From Octopus bimaculoides (lineage: Eukaryota), in contig NC_068983.1 of assembly GCF_001194135.2 (NCBI RefSeq), positions 145,528,509 through 145,592,508 of the forward strand: a DNA stretch of 64,000 nt, in the 5' to 3' direction. Of the stretch, positions 24,467-36,736 are shown piece after piece. The notes beneath the pieces were generated by a model, which made no database searches, was not told the origin of the DNA, and saw nothing but the letters and a program-made list of their open reading frames with translations. The position numbers and the translations under genes were made by a program. The stretch's first letter is position 1. Each line of letters opens with the position of its first letter.

Positions 24467-24850
24467 GTTGCTGGCACTCCGTCGCTTACGACGACGAGGG
24501 TTCCAGTTGATCCGATCAACGGAACAGCCTGCTCGTGAAATTAACGTGCAAGTGGCTGAGCACTCCACAGACACGTGTACCCTTAACGTAGTTCTCGGGG
24601 ATATTCAGCGTGACACAGTGTGACAAGGCTGACCCTTTGAATTACAGGCACAACAGAAACAGGAAGTAAGTGTGAGAGAAAGTTGTGGTGAAAGAGTACA
24701 GCAGGGTTCGCCACCATCCCCTGCCGGAGCCTCGTGGAGCTTTGGGTGTTTTCGCTCAATAAACACTCACAACGCCCGGTCTGGGAATCGATACCACGAT
24801 CCTATGACCGCGAGTCCGCTGCCCTAACCACTGGGCCATTGCGCCTCCAC
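24467..24850 (-). mobile_element. SINE family C (young, full length)
   Basis: Near-identical to 16051-16420; intact tRNA-like head. Confidence 0.9.
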
Positions 24851-24979
24851 CCACCATCCGTACAGCATGAAGAAACGCCTCATCCTCGACCTATCACATC
24901 GAGCGACCTAGACACATACCAACATGAAATAGAATTAGCGATACTTTTTAGAGAAACTATTACTCTGCAAGCGTAGCAT

Positions 24980-25220
24980 CGGAGAGAGAGGGTGGACAAG
25001 GAAACGGAGAGGGGAGGGAGGTAAGAGAGGCGAGGGAGATGATAGAGGAAGGAGGAAGAAGAGAGAGAAGAGATACAAAGGCAGAGAGAGAAAAAGAGAG
25101 AAAAGGAGAGAGAAAGAGAGAGAGAAATAGAGGGGGAAGAAAACCGAAGAGGGAAAAGATAGAGAGACGGAGAGAAATAGAGAGGAAGGGAGGGGGAAAA
25201 GAGTGGAAGAGAAAGAGTAT
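24980..25220. repeat. GA-rich low-complexity tract
   Basis: Nearly purine-only strand of degenerate GA/GGA/GAA units. Confidence 0.9.
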
Positions 25221-25849
25221 CAACGCTGGGAATATTCATGTGTCAATACGATATCACCATCACCATCATCATCATCATCATTATCATTTAAGGTCCATGT
25301 TCTATGCTGGCATGGTTGGACGGATTGACAGGAGCCGATGAGTTGAAGGACAACATCGTACTCCAAGGTCTACTTTCACATGGTTTCTACGGCTCGATGC
25401 TCTTCCTTATGCGATATAATATTGTTATATTATATCGCGTTAGGAATATAAAGAGCTGTATGTGCGTGTGTGTATGAAAATTGAATCACCTTGTGAGAAT
25501 AGAACTTTTCCTCCCATGGAATAGTTGCCGTTGAAGGTGGGGACATGTGGTAAAGAGCTCTCATGAAGAATGTCCAGTTCAGTAACATGGTCTGTGACGT
25601 TATATAGGAACCTGTCAAAAGTAAAAGCATATTGTAAGCAACACTATTTATGATGCGGTGGCGGCGGCGGTCCTAATGTAATTTCTTACATTGGTATACT
25701 ATAGGTTTATACTGGATTAAGTCGGACTGAAAAAAAAAGAATGAAGACGACGCTGGTAGGATTTGATCTCAGAACGTAAAACTGCAAAGCGTTTCTTCTG
25801 GTGCTCACTAGATTTTGATAGCAATAAGAATAATATTTCTTTCCTTCTT

Positions 25850-27750
25850 GGCAGAAACGTTAGCACGCCGGGCGAACTGCTTCGCGGTATAACGGCTCTG
25901 TGAATTATTGTGAATACTGTTGTGTTACTTTGTGAAAACTGTCTCGGTGAATAATTGTGATTTTTGTAGAAGTATTATGGTTGTATTTCACGTGAGCTGC
26001 TGCATTTTTCCCAGCTATGACAAGTGGTAGTGTCTCCAGTATGGAGAGCTACGCCAAAGCCACTGCGGTGAGGAAGCCAGTGCCGCTAGAAACCAAGTTA
26101 ATCAAGTTGAATATGGAGGTTACCAGAAGCAGGAATTTGATAGAAGTTGAGGGAGACTCATACAAATTGTGCCCCCCAAAAGAGACTAAAGAAAATAAAA
26201 TTCTGAGGACNNNNNNNNNNNNNNNNNNNNNNNNNNNNNNNNNNNNNNNNNNNNNNNNNNNNNNNNNNNNNNNNNNNNNNNNNNNNNNNNNNNNNNNNNN
26301 NNNNNNNNNNNNNNNNNNNNNNNNNNNNNNNNNNNNNNNNNNNNNNNNNNNNNNNNNNNNNNNNNNNNNNNNNNNNNNNNNNNNNNNNNNNNNNNNNNNN
26401 NNNNNNNNNNNNNNNNNNNNNNNNNNNNNNNNNNNNNNNNNNNNNNNNNNNNNNNNNNNNNNNNNNNNNNNNNNNNNNNNNNNNNNNNNNNNNNNNNNNN
26501 NNNNNNNNNNNNNNNNNNNNNNNNNNNNNNNNNNNNNNNNNNNNNNNNNNNNNNNNNNNNNNNATTAAACCAGAGTGGTTGGTTGCAACAGTGCTGGCTG
26601 CAACCAAGGAGGAGCCGGAATTGGGACCAGTGGCGAAAACAAAAGTGTGCGAATGGTGGGGATTTGGACTCGAAATGTGGCTTTTTGCCACATTCGAGGA
26701 CATAGAAAGAATTCCCTACCAGATAGAAGTGGAGGACGAGAAAACGTTAAATGTTGTAATCGAGGGAAGACAACCAAATTGTTATATATGCGGGGAGAGA
26801 GGTCATATGAAGACCAAATGCCCTCTATATGAGTTCACACAGCCACAGCAAGAGAAAGCACAAACAGAGGAGGAAAGAATTGTAGACCACACTGAGGAAA
26901 TAAAAGAGACAGAAGTGTGAGACAGAAAACAAAGGAAAAGAACGAAAACGGAGCTACTAACCCTAAAAAGCGAAGGAAAAATAAGTCAAAGGAACGGTCA
27001 ACAGAAAACAAAAAAGAGATAAAAAAGCCAGAAACTAATAATGTACAAGAAGAGGAGGAGAGAACGGATAAAGATGTGAAATACAAGGGGGTTTTGATAA
27101 AGTACGAGAATTTCGAGCAGATGGAGAGAAGGGTCGAGAGGTTGGGAGAAATAATAAGAGTGAAGATGCTAGAGAAATGTGCTGAAAAATGCATTTTGAT
27201 ACGTGAGGAAAGATGCTGGGAGTGCATAAAAGAACATGGTGAAAATATAATAACGAAACAGATATGGTTGGTGGAGACACCACCCCCTAGAACTGATTAT
27301 TTGCAGTTGTTAAGGACGGACGTAACAATGATTAATGGAAGAAATATAATGCGTGTGTTTGAATTTTTTGAGTTACAAAACCGTTAAAATGTTTACATGA
27401 CGTTGAACGTAAAAGTGAAAAACTGGATAAATGTAACCACCCGACTTCGGGGATCGAGTGGACATTGCGCCTCATTTTTTTCATACTTGCATATTATCAT
27501 TTTATTTTAATTACCCCGATTTTATGTTTGCGTTTTGTACTGTCTTTATGTTTTGTGATGTCTTAAAAATTCTTTGTATAGCCCTTTATGAGTATTTCGC
27601 CCGACGCTACGTTCTGAGTTGAAATTCCGCCGAGGTCGACTTTGCCTTTCATCCTTTCGGGGTCAATAAATTAAGTACCAGTTGCGCACTGGGGTCCATT
27701 TAATCGACTGGCCCCCTCCCCCAAAATTTCGGGCTTTGTGCCAAGTGTAG
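25850..27750 (+). mobile_element. SINE family A split by a 1.7-kb insertion
   Basis: Head ggcagaaacgttagcacgccgggcgaactgcttcgcggtat (25850-25890) resumes as gtatttcgcccgacgctacgttctgag (27592 onward); GTAT is duplicated at both junctions. Confidence 0.8.
25891..27591 (+). mobile_element. ORF1-only non-LTR element (L1/Tx1-type ORF1 with CCHC zinc knuckle; HAL1-like)
   Basis: ORF from 26017 across an N gap to LNVVIEGRQPNCYICGERGHMKTKCP (CCHC 26780-26821); one frameshift at ~26917 into a K/E-rich frame ending 27387; ~200-bp T-rich 3' region; no endonuclease or RT sequence seen. Confidence 0.7.
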
Positions 27751-27764
27751 AAAAGAATATTTCT

Positions 27765-28235
27765 TTCCTTCTAATTTTGCCAGAAAGCCAACAATTTTGA
27801 GGAAAGGGAGCAGGTCGGTTATATCGAAGCCAATATTTGATTAGTACTTTATCTCATCGAATTGGAAAGTATGAAAAGCAAGTTCGACCTTGGCGGAATT
27901 TGAACTCAAAACGTAAAGACGGACGAAATACCGTCTATGATCATAAGTCTCTTCAAACAAGATTAGCCTAGCACTAAAAAAAAAATTATTTCACCATAGG
28001 TCATTTTAGAGGGTAGTATTCTTTTCTACTCTAGGCACAAGGTTCGAAATTTTGAGGGAGGGGGCCAGTCGATTAGATCGATCTCAGTACGCAACTGGTA
28101 CTTAATTTATCGGCCCCGAAAGGATGAAAGGCGAAGTTGACCTCGGCGGAATTTGAACTCAAAACGTAAAGACAAACGAAAAATCGTTATGCATTTTACC
28201 CGGCGTGCTAACGTTTCTGCCAGCACGCCACCTTT
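27765..28235 (-). mobile_element. Two SINE family A copies
   Basis: Reverse-complement consensus matches at ~27765-27925 (diverged) and ~28020-28235 (well conserved). Confidence 0.85.
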
Positions 28236-28367
28236 ATGAAATTACATATGACATTATCTCAAAGTTTTAACAAACATATAGATATCTATCTATAAACATC
28301 CCAAACTTCTGAATCACAGAGAGGGCAAATCATAGTTATATATATATATATATATATATATACTTAC

Positions 28368-29505
28368 ATAAAAAACCTGTTTGTGTCAAAATATCTGGCA
28401 TCTGGGCTGTTAACTTCCGCGGACACAAAATAACTGGCTGATCCCAGTTTGTTTCTTGATTACTCCAGCTGTTTAAGGTAGTTATATGAAATTGCCATCT
28501 CAAAATATCTTTTACTGTCAGTGACATAGCAGGAAACACGCTTAAGAGGGCGTGTATTGGCACATAAGCTTGTCTCTGTCCTCTGTGGTCAGTTCTGATA
28601 AATCCTGGCAGGTTATACATTAAACCGTCAGCACCGGAGAACGGTAAAAGGCGAAGTGAATATAATTCAGAAGTAGAGCCCTGAAAATGGGTGCTGTTGA
28701 TAGTGTTATTTGTATTGGATATGGAATGGTAAAGTGAAAACAAAGTGCACGAAGAAGAAGATGGGTCTTTCGTGGCCCAATGTTTTTTAACAACCATTTC
28801 AACCAAGCACGACCAATAGAATATAACTTGTTTTAAATTGACAATAGTATCCATTTTAGGAAGCATTTGAAATTTGCTGAGAAATCTTGATTGCTGTTTG
28901 GAAGAACACGTATAGATATTCTGTGTTATTAAAGGATACTTCAGCTTTAGACGAAGGCAGTTTAACACAATGGTGCAGTTTTTTCCAGTACAACCAGGAA
29001 ATAGAACATCTCTAATATCAGACCAACTAGCCATAGGATTTCCTTGCACAGAAATATGAGGGACTGACCATATGATCTGATCGGGCAATTTTGCTATAGA
29101 TTCATAAGACGGTAAGAAACTAGAGTTCAATACATTATCTATGTTTGATACTAACTGAGAAGCTCTGCAATTTAAACTGGATGCATCTTTGCTTATGACA
29201 TGTTTCCAACGAACCAACTTGTTTAAATTCTGCCGATTCTTCCAAACATCTTCCAAGTTAACTATAATAATTCCAGTATCAACAATCTGGAAATTTTCCA
29301 GGAATTTGGCTCGCTCGCTGCTGGAACATTTGTGAATATTTCTTCGTTGCAGAGGATATTTCAAAGTGAATTTTAAACTATTTAGAACGATAGTGCAGTT
29401 TGATTCAGAACAATCTGGAAACAGGGTGATTTTTACATCTTGCCAATTAGCCATTTGAATATTACCCACATTTATATGTGGTATGCTTCTTATAAGATCT
29501 TCCAT
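28368..29505 (-). CDS. Large coding exon of an uncharacterised protein with an internally repeated ~115-140-aa domain
   Basis: Acceptor tattcctaccag| at 29518/29517, in-frame stops then ATG at 29505; 379 open codons; donor ttat|gtaagt at 28368/28367 (phase 1). Residues 1-113 versus 141-253 align without gaps, 50/113 identical by my count. Confidence 0.85.
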
Positions 29506-29966
29506 TCAGAAGATTTACTGGTAGGAATAATTAACACAAAAACCTATGTTTCTTCTAAAAACTGCAAAATAAAACAGAAAAACACATCATGAAACATGCT
29601 TCTTTAGACTACACATATACATTTTCAATTATTTTTTTTTTTTTTAATAATCTTTTCTGAATATTATTTACTAGAAGTCAAAAAATTTTTTTTTTAACAT
29701 AATGAACGGAAGCGAGGGAAATCCCATAACACTAACAAAATGCTCCAAAATTGATGAAATCGATGTTCAGTGATAAGAAGAAAAAATGGAAAGACTTCCT
29801 CCCTGTCCCCACCTCCATTTTCTCACAAATTATTGTGTTTTTTTTTTTTTTTTTTTTTTGCCAAAATCCCACGTTTTCGGATACGGAGTTTCCGGAAAAT
29901 TGCCAAAAATCGGAATTTTGAAATTTTTTGCCTCTCCCCATGTCTTCATTTTTCACTTTTTTCCGC

Positions 29967-30124
29967 AAACCTAATCCTAAAACCCCAACCCTAACCCTAA
30001 CCTTAAGCCTAAAACCGTAAGCCTAAAACCCTAACAGTAACCTTAAAACCCTAAAGCCCTAACCCTAAAGCCCTAACCCTAACCCTAAAACCTAACCCTA
30101 ACTCTAAAACCCTAACCCTAACCC
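29967..30124. repeat. Degenerate (CCCTAA)n telomere-like array
   Basis: About 160 bp of ccctaa, cctaaaa and gcctaa variants inside a larger repeat-like segment (~29730-30480). Confidence 0.85.
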
Positions 30125-30876
30125 TATTTTTTCAGAATCGTAATCTCCGTATTCTTCCGCATATTTTGACAAAAAAAATTGTGAAAAAAAGATTTTACAA
30201 AAATGTTTGTAAATTTTATTCAGAATCCATAATCTCCGTATTTTTCCGCATTTTTTTTTTTTTTTTTTTTTTTTNNNNNNNNNNNNNNTTTTTAATTTTC
30301 TGAAGAAAGTTTAAAAAAGAAGAATTTAGTGGTGGGGTAATTTCAAAATGCCGATTTTTGCCAGTTTTTTTTTGCAGATTCGCATTCTCCGTACCCGAAA
30401 ACGGGGGAGGGGGGTAGAAAAAAAATTAAATAAAAAACGGTGTGTTTGGTGGGGTACAAAAGAAGTCTTGCAAAAAAAGAAAGAACATTAAAGAAAATGA
30501 TAAATGAAGATGATTCAATTTATGGAGAAATTGCTTCTTTGTGTGTGTGTGTGTGTGTGTGTGATAATTAGCATATATATATATGTATTATGTACTTTAT
30601 TGTGTTTTGTTATGCCCAAGATTCCTCCGTTCGATGAAAAATTGTCTTTCATGAAACGTGTCCGTGGTACGAAAAAGTTGAGGCTCTCATGTTGCGGGGA
30701 TCACTAACCAAACGCCAGTAAATCAACTACTCGAAAAGTAGCCTCCCTTATCAATGACTAGTAAACATTTTGGCAGAGTATTTTCCCTTCATGATTAATT
30801 GTCGCTAACGTGAACTAATTTCCTAATAAGAACAGACCTTAATTCAGTCCCAGCAGAGACTTCACAGCACACTTAC

Positions 30877-30903
30877 GATTGGATCTCTACTCGTGAAGCG
30901 CAT
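30877..30903 (-). other. Candidate 27-nt upstream (5'UTR/uORF) exon
   Basis: tgtttgtgatctttcag|ATGCGCTTCACGAGTAGAGATCCAATC|gtaagt; strong splice signals on both sides. Confidence 0.3.
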
Positions 30904-31385
30904 CTGAAAGATCACAAACATGCACCAAGTAAATCATTTAAGTAAATCAGTAATGAAGCATTGACTGATTCTACAGAATACATTAGTTTCGAAATTTTGG
31001 CACAAAGCCAGCAATTTCGGGAGAGAGGTGGATAAGTCAATTATATCGACACCAGTGTATAACTGGTACTTACTTTGTCTTCCTCGGCAGGATTTGAACT
31101 CAGACGAAATGCCGCTAAGTGTTCTGCTCTGTGTGCTAGCGATTCTGATTGCTCGCTGCCATTACAGTAGAATTACATTAAGTGCTCACAATATTCTACT
31201 ACACGCATAAATTAAACGCGAGCGCGCGTGGTCTGGGGTGTGCGTGGGGGGGGATGGGACTTCGTCCCTGCACGAATAAAGCAAGTGATGCATGTCAATG
31301 ATATAAAGCTAATACAAATAATAAATCGAATTTTCATATAAATCTTTCATATTAGAAGAGACAACTAGAAACAGGGTATATATAT

Positions 31386-31476
31386 ATATATTTAATTATA
31401 TATAAAGGGCATTAACTGTGTATTAATGCCTCACGCTAATACACAGTTAATGCCCTTTATATATAATTAAATATAT
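31386..31476. repeat. Perfect 40-bp inverted repeat with 11-nt loop
   Basis: atatatttaattatatataaagggcattaactgtgtatta / atgcctcacgc / taatacacagttaatgccctttatatataattaaatatat. Confidence 0.95.
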
Positions 31477-31588
31477 CTATGAAGAAACGATGAATTTTTT
31501 CATTACGAAATTTTTCGTTATTTTTTCATTATGAGGTTTTTTTCACGCTGACTACTTGATAAATTCTTATAAAGAATTTATCCTATAT

Positions 31589-31621
<33 letters not shown>

Positions 31622-32504
31622 GTNNNNNNNNNNNNNNNNNNNNNNNNNNNNNNNNNNNNNNNNNNNNNNNNNNNNNNNNNNNNNNNNNNNNNNNNNNNNN
31701 NNNNNNNNNNNNNNNNNNNNNNNNNNNNNNNNNNNNNNNNNNNNNNNNNNNNNNNNNNNNNNNNNNNNNNNNNNNNNNNNNNNNNNNNNNNNNNNNNNNN
31801 NNNNNNNNNNNNNNNNNNNNNNNNNNNNNNNNNNNNNNNNNNNNNNNNNNNNNNNNNNNNNNNNNNNNNNNNNNNNNNNNNNNNNNNNNNNNNNNNNNNN
31901 NNNNNNNNNNNNNNNNNNNNNNNNNNNNNNNNNNNNNNNNNNNNNNNNNNNNNNNNNNNNNNNNNNNNNNNNNNNNNNNNNNNNNNNNNNNNNNNNNNNN
32001 NNNNNNNNNNNNNNNNNNNNNNNNNNNNNNNNNNNNNNNNNNNNNNNNNNNNNNNNNNNNNNNNNNNNNNNNNNNNNNNNNNNNNNNNNNNNNNNNNNNN
32101 NNNNNNNNNNNNNNNNNNNNNNNNNNNNNNNNNNNNNNNNNNNNNNNNNNNNNNNNNNNNNNNNNNNNNNNNNNNNNNNNNNNNNNNNNNNNNNNNNNNN
32201 NNNNNNNNNNNNNNNNNNNNNNNNNNNNNNNNNNNNNNNNNNNNNNNNNNNNNNNNNNNNNNNNNNNNNNNNNNNNNNNNNNNNNNNNNNNNNNNNNNNN
32301 NNNNNNNNNNNNNNNNNNNNNNNNNNNNNNNNNNNNNNNNNNNNNNNNNNNNNNNNNNNNNNNNNNNNNNNNNNNNNNNNNNNNNNNNNNNNNNNNNNNN
32401 NNNNNNNNNNNNNNNNNNNNNNNNNNNNNNNNNNNNNNNNNNNNNNNNNNNNNNNNNNNNNNNNNNNNNNNNNNNNNNNNNNNNNNNNNNNNNNNNNNNN
32501 NNNN

Positions 32505-32552
<48 letters not shown>

Positions 32553-32810
32553 CGAGTGTGTGCGTGCGTGCGTGCGTTAGTCTGTGTGCGTGTGTGCGTG
32601 AGTGTGTGTGTGTTTGAGTGTCTGCATGTGTGTGTATGTGTATGTGTATGCATGTTTGAGCATGTGTGTACGTGCGCGCGTGTGGTGTGTGTGTTTGAGT
32701 GTGAGTGTGTATTTGAGTTTGTGTGTGTGCATGTGTGTGCTTCCGTGTGTGTGTGTATGTGTGTGAGTGTGTGTGAGAGAGAGAGAGTTTGTGTGTGCGA
32801 ATGTGTGTGA
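32505..32810. repeat. (GA)n followed by degenerate (GT)n
   Basis: Direct reading. Confidence 0.95.
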
Positions 32811-33916
32811 ATTGCAGGCGCATTTCCCTTTCAAACGTAAAATATAAAGAAAATTACTTTACCTTGTTTCATTCATTAGACTTATGCATTAGAAAAATGC
32901 TGAAAGCATTAGTTTGAATTTTTTAAGTTTTAGATAATACTATTCAAAATCATAGCACGCATAGATATCCATTACAATACGTTAAAAACCCTTACTTTTG
33001 CTAGAAGTCCTTATAGAGCCACATGTTCATACAAATACACATATATAAGCCATATATACATAAAAGAAACGTTTGTCTTGAAACAGACACAAAGGTAATT
33101 CCGTCATAGCTGCCTTTGTAGTGTAAGAGTCCTTGCATGTACATCGCAAAGTTGACGAAGATAAAAACGAGAAACACAAAACTGGATTGCTTTTATCTTA
33201 CATAGTACCATTATCAATGAATTATTGCCCCTTTTAAATAGAGTTGCTTCCCTTCTATTAAGATCTTGCAATTTATGTCATAACTTGTTACAAAGCATGT
33301 CCACTGGCATACATACATACATACATACATACATACATACATACATACATACATACATACGGACAAACGTAAATATATATGCACAGGTGTAGACATGGCT
33401 GTGCGGTTAAGAAGTTCCCTTTGCAACCACGCCAGTAGCACGTTATCTCGAACACCCTTAGTCGCTTGACTTTCACCATCCATATAATCCACGCCTAAGT
33501 CTACCGGCCAGATCAAGATTTTAAATGTTTCACCTTGATGAGGGAAATTAGAGATTTTGGCAGCGTAAGCTAAGCTACTCTGGTTCCCTGGAGGCTGACA
33601 GGACCTTGAGTGACTGAAGTGAAAATGATAAAAACAAAAACGTATCAGTACGCATATATGTTGAAAATAAAGTTAGGAACAAGCACTTGACTTTGGGGGC
33701 CAAGGTAATTCTGGATCTATGATGATCTTTGATTAGCCATAATAGTCACTTGCCTAGTGATCAGGGTGACTCGGAATCTGTGAGATACTTTGGTCGCTCC
33801 TGGAGGTACCCCCTACTGGGAAATTTTGTTCTTATAATTTCTTATTGTTTTTATTGTTTCACATGTCTATGTCCTACGTATTGTCTTGCTTTTGCGGCCT
33901 TTGTAGCCAATAACGC

Positions 33917-33917
<1 letters not shown>

Positions 33918-34000
<83 letters not shown>

Positions 34001-34038
34001 TGCAGCAGCACCACCACCACCACCACCACCACCACCAC
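33918..34038. repeat. Compound trinucleotide repeat (TAG)n-(GCA)n-(CCA)n
   Basis: About 28 TAG units, then short GCA and CCA runs. Confidence 0.95.
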
Positions 34039-34054
34039 TATCACCAGTAAGGCA

Positions 34055-34680
34055 GCAAGCTGGTTGAACCGTTAGTGCGTCGAATAAAATGCTTAAATAG
34101 TATTTCTTCCAATTTGTTTGCACTCTAAGTTCAAATATCACCGAATTCAACTTTGCCTTTCGTATTTTCAGAGTCGGTAAAATAAAGTGTCAGTCTTGTA
34201 CTGAGGTCGATGTAATCGACTCGTCACCCCTCCCCTCAAACTTACTGGTTCTGTGCCTAAATTAGAAATAGTTATAAATGCAGCGAGAAGGCAGAATCGT
34301 CAGAGCTCGGAAAATGCCTTGCATAAGTAAATTCGGTTCTTTCATACCTCGATCTGGTCAACAACTTTCAAGATTCATAAACTACAGAACAGTCAATAAA
34401 TGCCCTCGCCTAAATATGAGGCCTTGTGCGGGTAAAAATTATTATTACTAATATATACAAGACGGCGAGCTGGCAGAACCGTTAGCACGCCGGGGGAAAA
34501 TGCTTAGAGGCATTTCGTCCGTTTTAACGCTATGAGTTCAAATTCTGCCGAGGTCGACTTTGCCTTTCATCCTTTTGGAGTTGATAAGATAAGTACCAGT
34601 TGAGCACTTGGATCGATATAATCGATTTATCCCCCTCCCGCGAAATTGCTGCCTTGAGCCAAAATTTGAAACCGAAACCA
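34055..34680 (+). mobile_element. Cluster of SINE family A copies
   Basis: Diverged copy ~34055-34270, remnant ~34285, conserved copy 34461-34680. Confidence 0.8.
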
Positions 34681-36330
34681 TTATTACTAATATATGTGTG
34701 TGTGTGTGTGTGTGTGTGTAACAAGATTGATTGTAGATTCGTCCTTTGATTTGGTGGTTTCCAAAAAAGATTTCTAATGTTGATTCTTCATATTTCGCAG
34801 GTTGTTTACAGGCATAAATTTGCGAAGATGAAAATAATACTTGTATATGATGTGTGGTGAATTTATGGAAAGAAATCCCATAAAGTTCATCAATTTAGTT
34901 AAAAATGGAGAAGACAAGTTGTTAAAATTTATAAGAGAATTTTAATTCATGCAGACGATCGTTTCGTACAGAGATATAAAAATCATGCAAATTCATGACT
35001 GAATTGAATTAGATTAAATTAATTAAATAAAAAAGTCGAAAGAATTGACACAGATCTCCGCCTATATTTAGGAATCAGTAATGGGTTATGTCCCTTTATA
35101 CTTTGAGCTTAAAATCCCGTCGGGGTTGATATGTAAGGAAAAGGTGATATAATTGACTAAACTATCCTCCAAAATACCAGACTTTATGCCTATGTAGGAA
35201 TTCAGTATTATCATTGCTTTGTTTTCGTTCTCATTTTCACTGTTCTATATTTCCACATTCAAATGGCTACTTTTCGTCAAATTTTGTTTGTGTTTCTCGG
35301 AGTCATGTCGTTTTTCAAACATCTTACCATAAATTTAATATCTTATGAACTGTCGTGCATTGTTCATGATCTGTATCTCGATCTTATTAAACATTGCAAA
35401 GTCAGTTGGAGGAATATGTATTAGTTGGTCAATTCGGCGTTACCTCTCTTAACAGTGTTCGATGCTGATCAGAAGATTACTTCGAAAAGCTTGTATCTAT
35501 TGATCTGGGTAGAGAGCGCTCCGAACTGACCTGGTGCGGTCATACTTTTTTGTCTACAGTGAGAATATTTCTCGATGGCAAAATGCTGTAAATAGCCTTC
35601 TTATGGGTTCGAATGAGTCTCAAACATACTTCAAACTATACATACATACATACATACAGATAGATATATCACACCTCGATTGCCATATCAGTTGGATATA
35701 CCTTTGCTGATGAGGTTTAATAAGATCTAAACATGATAATTGCTTTCACCATTTCGCTTTAAAGACAAGACCCCTTTCCTATCTGCATTGTATTGTCTAA
35801 AATTTTCGATTAAGTTGATCTGATTTGAGTTACCTTATTCTGCCAGTTGTTTTAAACACTCAGAGGGAGTTTCGTTTACTAATTGCTGAGATAATCTCCG
35901 TTGATGGAAATATTTTTCATATCGCTTTATAACATACATGAAAATATGACGTATTTTGTATTTAGTTTACAAAACGCTCCCCTGATGTCGATTCGCACAG
36001 CCATGTTATTGAGAATCGTCAGAGCATCAAGCAAAATGCCTTAATGTATTTCATTGAGTTCAAATCTTGCCGAATTTAACTTCGTCTTTCGTCGAATGGT
36101 AAGACTGATGCTGTTAATGTTTGGTTTAAACTGTTACAGATGAACATCTCAAAGGACATGAGCAAGAAGATTCTAGAGGATCAATGTTCTGGCGGGGAAG
36201 GGCATTAGGTGGGCAGCGCAGGGTCAAGGGGGTTGGGACGCAACAAAGGTGACAAGATGGAATGAGTTCAGTGAGCCAGTGTGCTTGAGTGGAGGAGATA
36301 TAATATCGGCCAGCTTCAAGGATCAGAAAG

Positions 36331-36736
36331 TCATTATTAGTTCTGGGAAGTGGCCAGTTGATTACATAGACCCTAGAGCTCGATTGGTACAATATTTTAT
36401 CAATCCTGAAAAGTAAAGTTGACCTTGGCAGCATTTGAACTCGGAACGAAAAGTCACAAGAAATGCCGCTAGGCATTTGCTCAACGTACTAATAACTCTG
36501 CCAAGTTGCCGCCTTTATATTGCGTTCAAATTTTTGCACAAAGCCTGCGATTTCGGGGGCCGGGGTAAGTCGATTACATCGACTCCAATGTTCGACTGGT
36601 ACTTATTTTATCGACCTCGAAAGGATGAAAGGCAAAGTCAACCTCGGTGGAAGTTGAACGCAGCACGTAAAGACGAACAAAATGCCGCTAAGTATTCTGC
36701 TTGGCATGCCTACGATTCTGCCAGCTCGCCACCTTT
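36331..36736 (-). mobile_element. Two tandem SINE family A copies
   Basis: Reverse-complement consensus at ~36331-36515 and ~36525-36736. Confidence 0.8.

Noticed and set aside
25039-25341. E/R/K-rich ORF with poly-His
   Set aside because: Translation of a GA-rich tract plus the (CAT)n tail of an RTE-type fragment.
33729-34150. Poly-Val/poly-Pro and poly-Thr/poly-Gly ORFs
   Set aside because: Trinucleotide microsatellite translations.
35270-35620. Protein-like minus-strand frames, possibly Penelope-like
   Set aside because: Too many stops and no diagnostic motif to assign.
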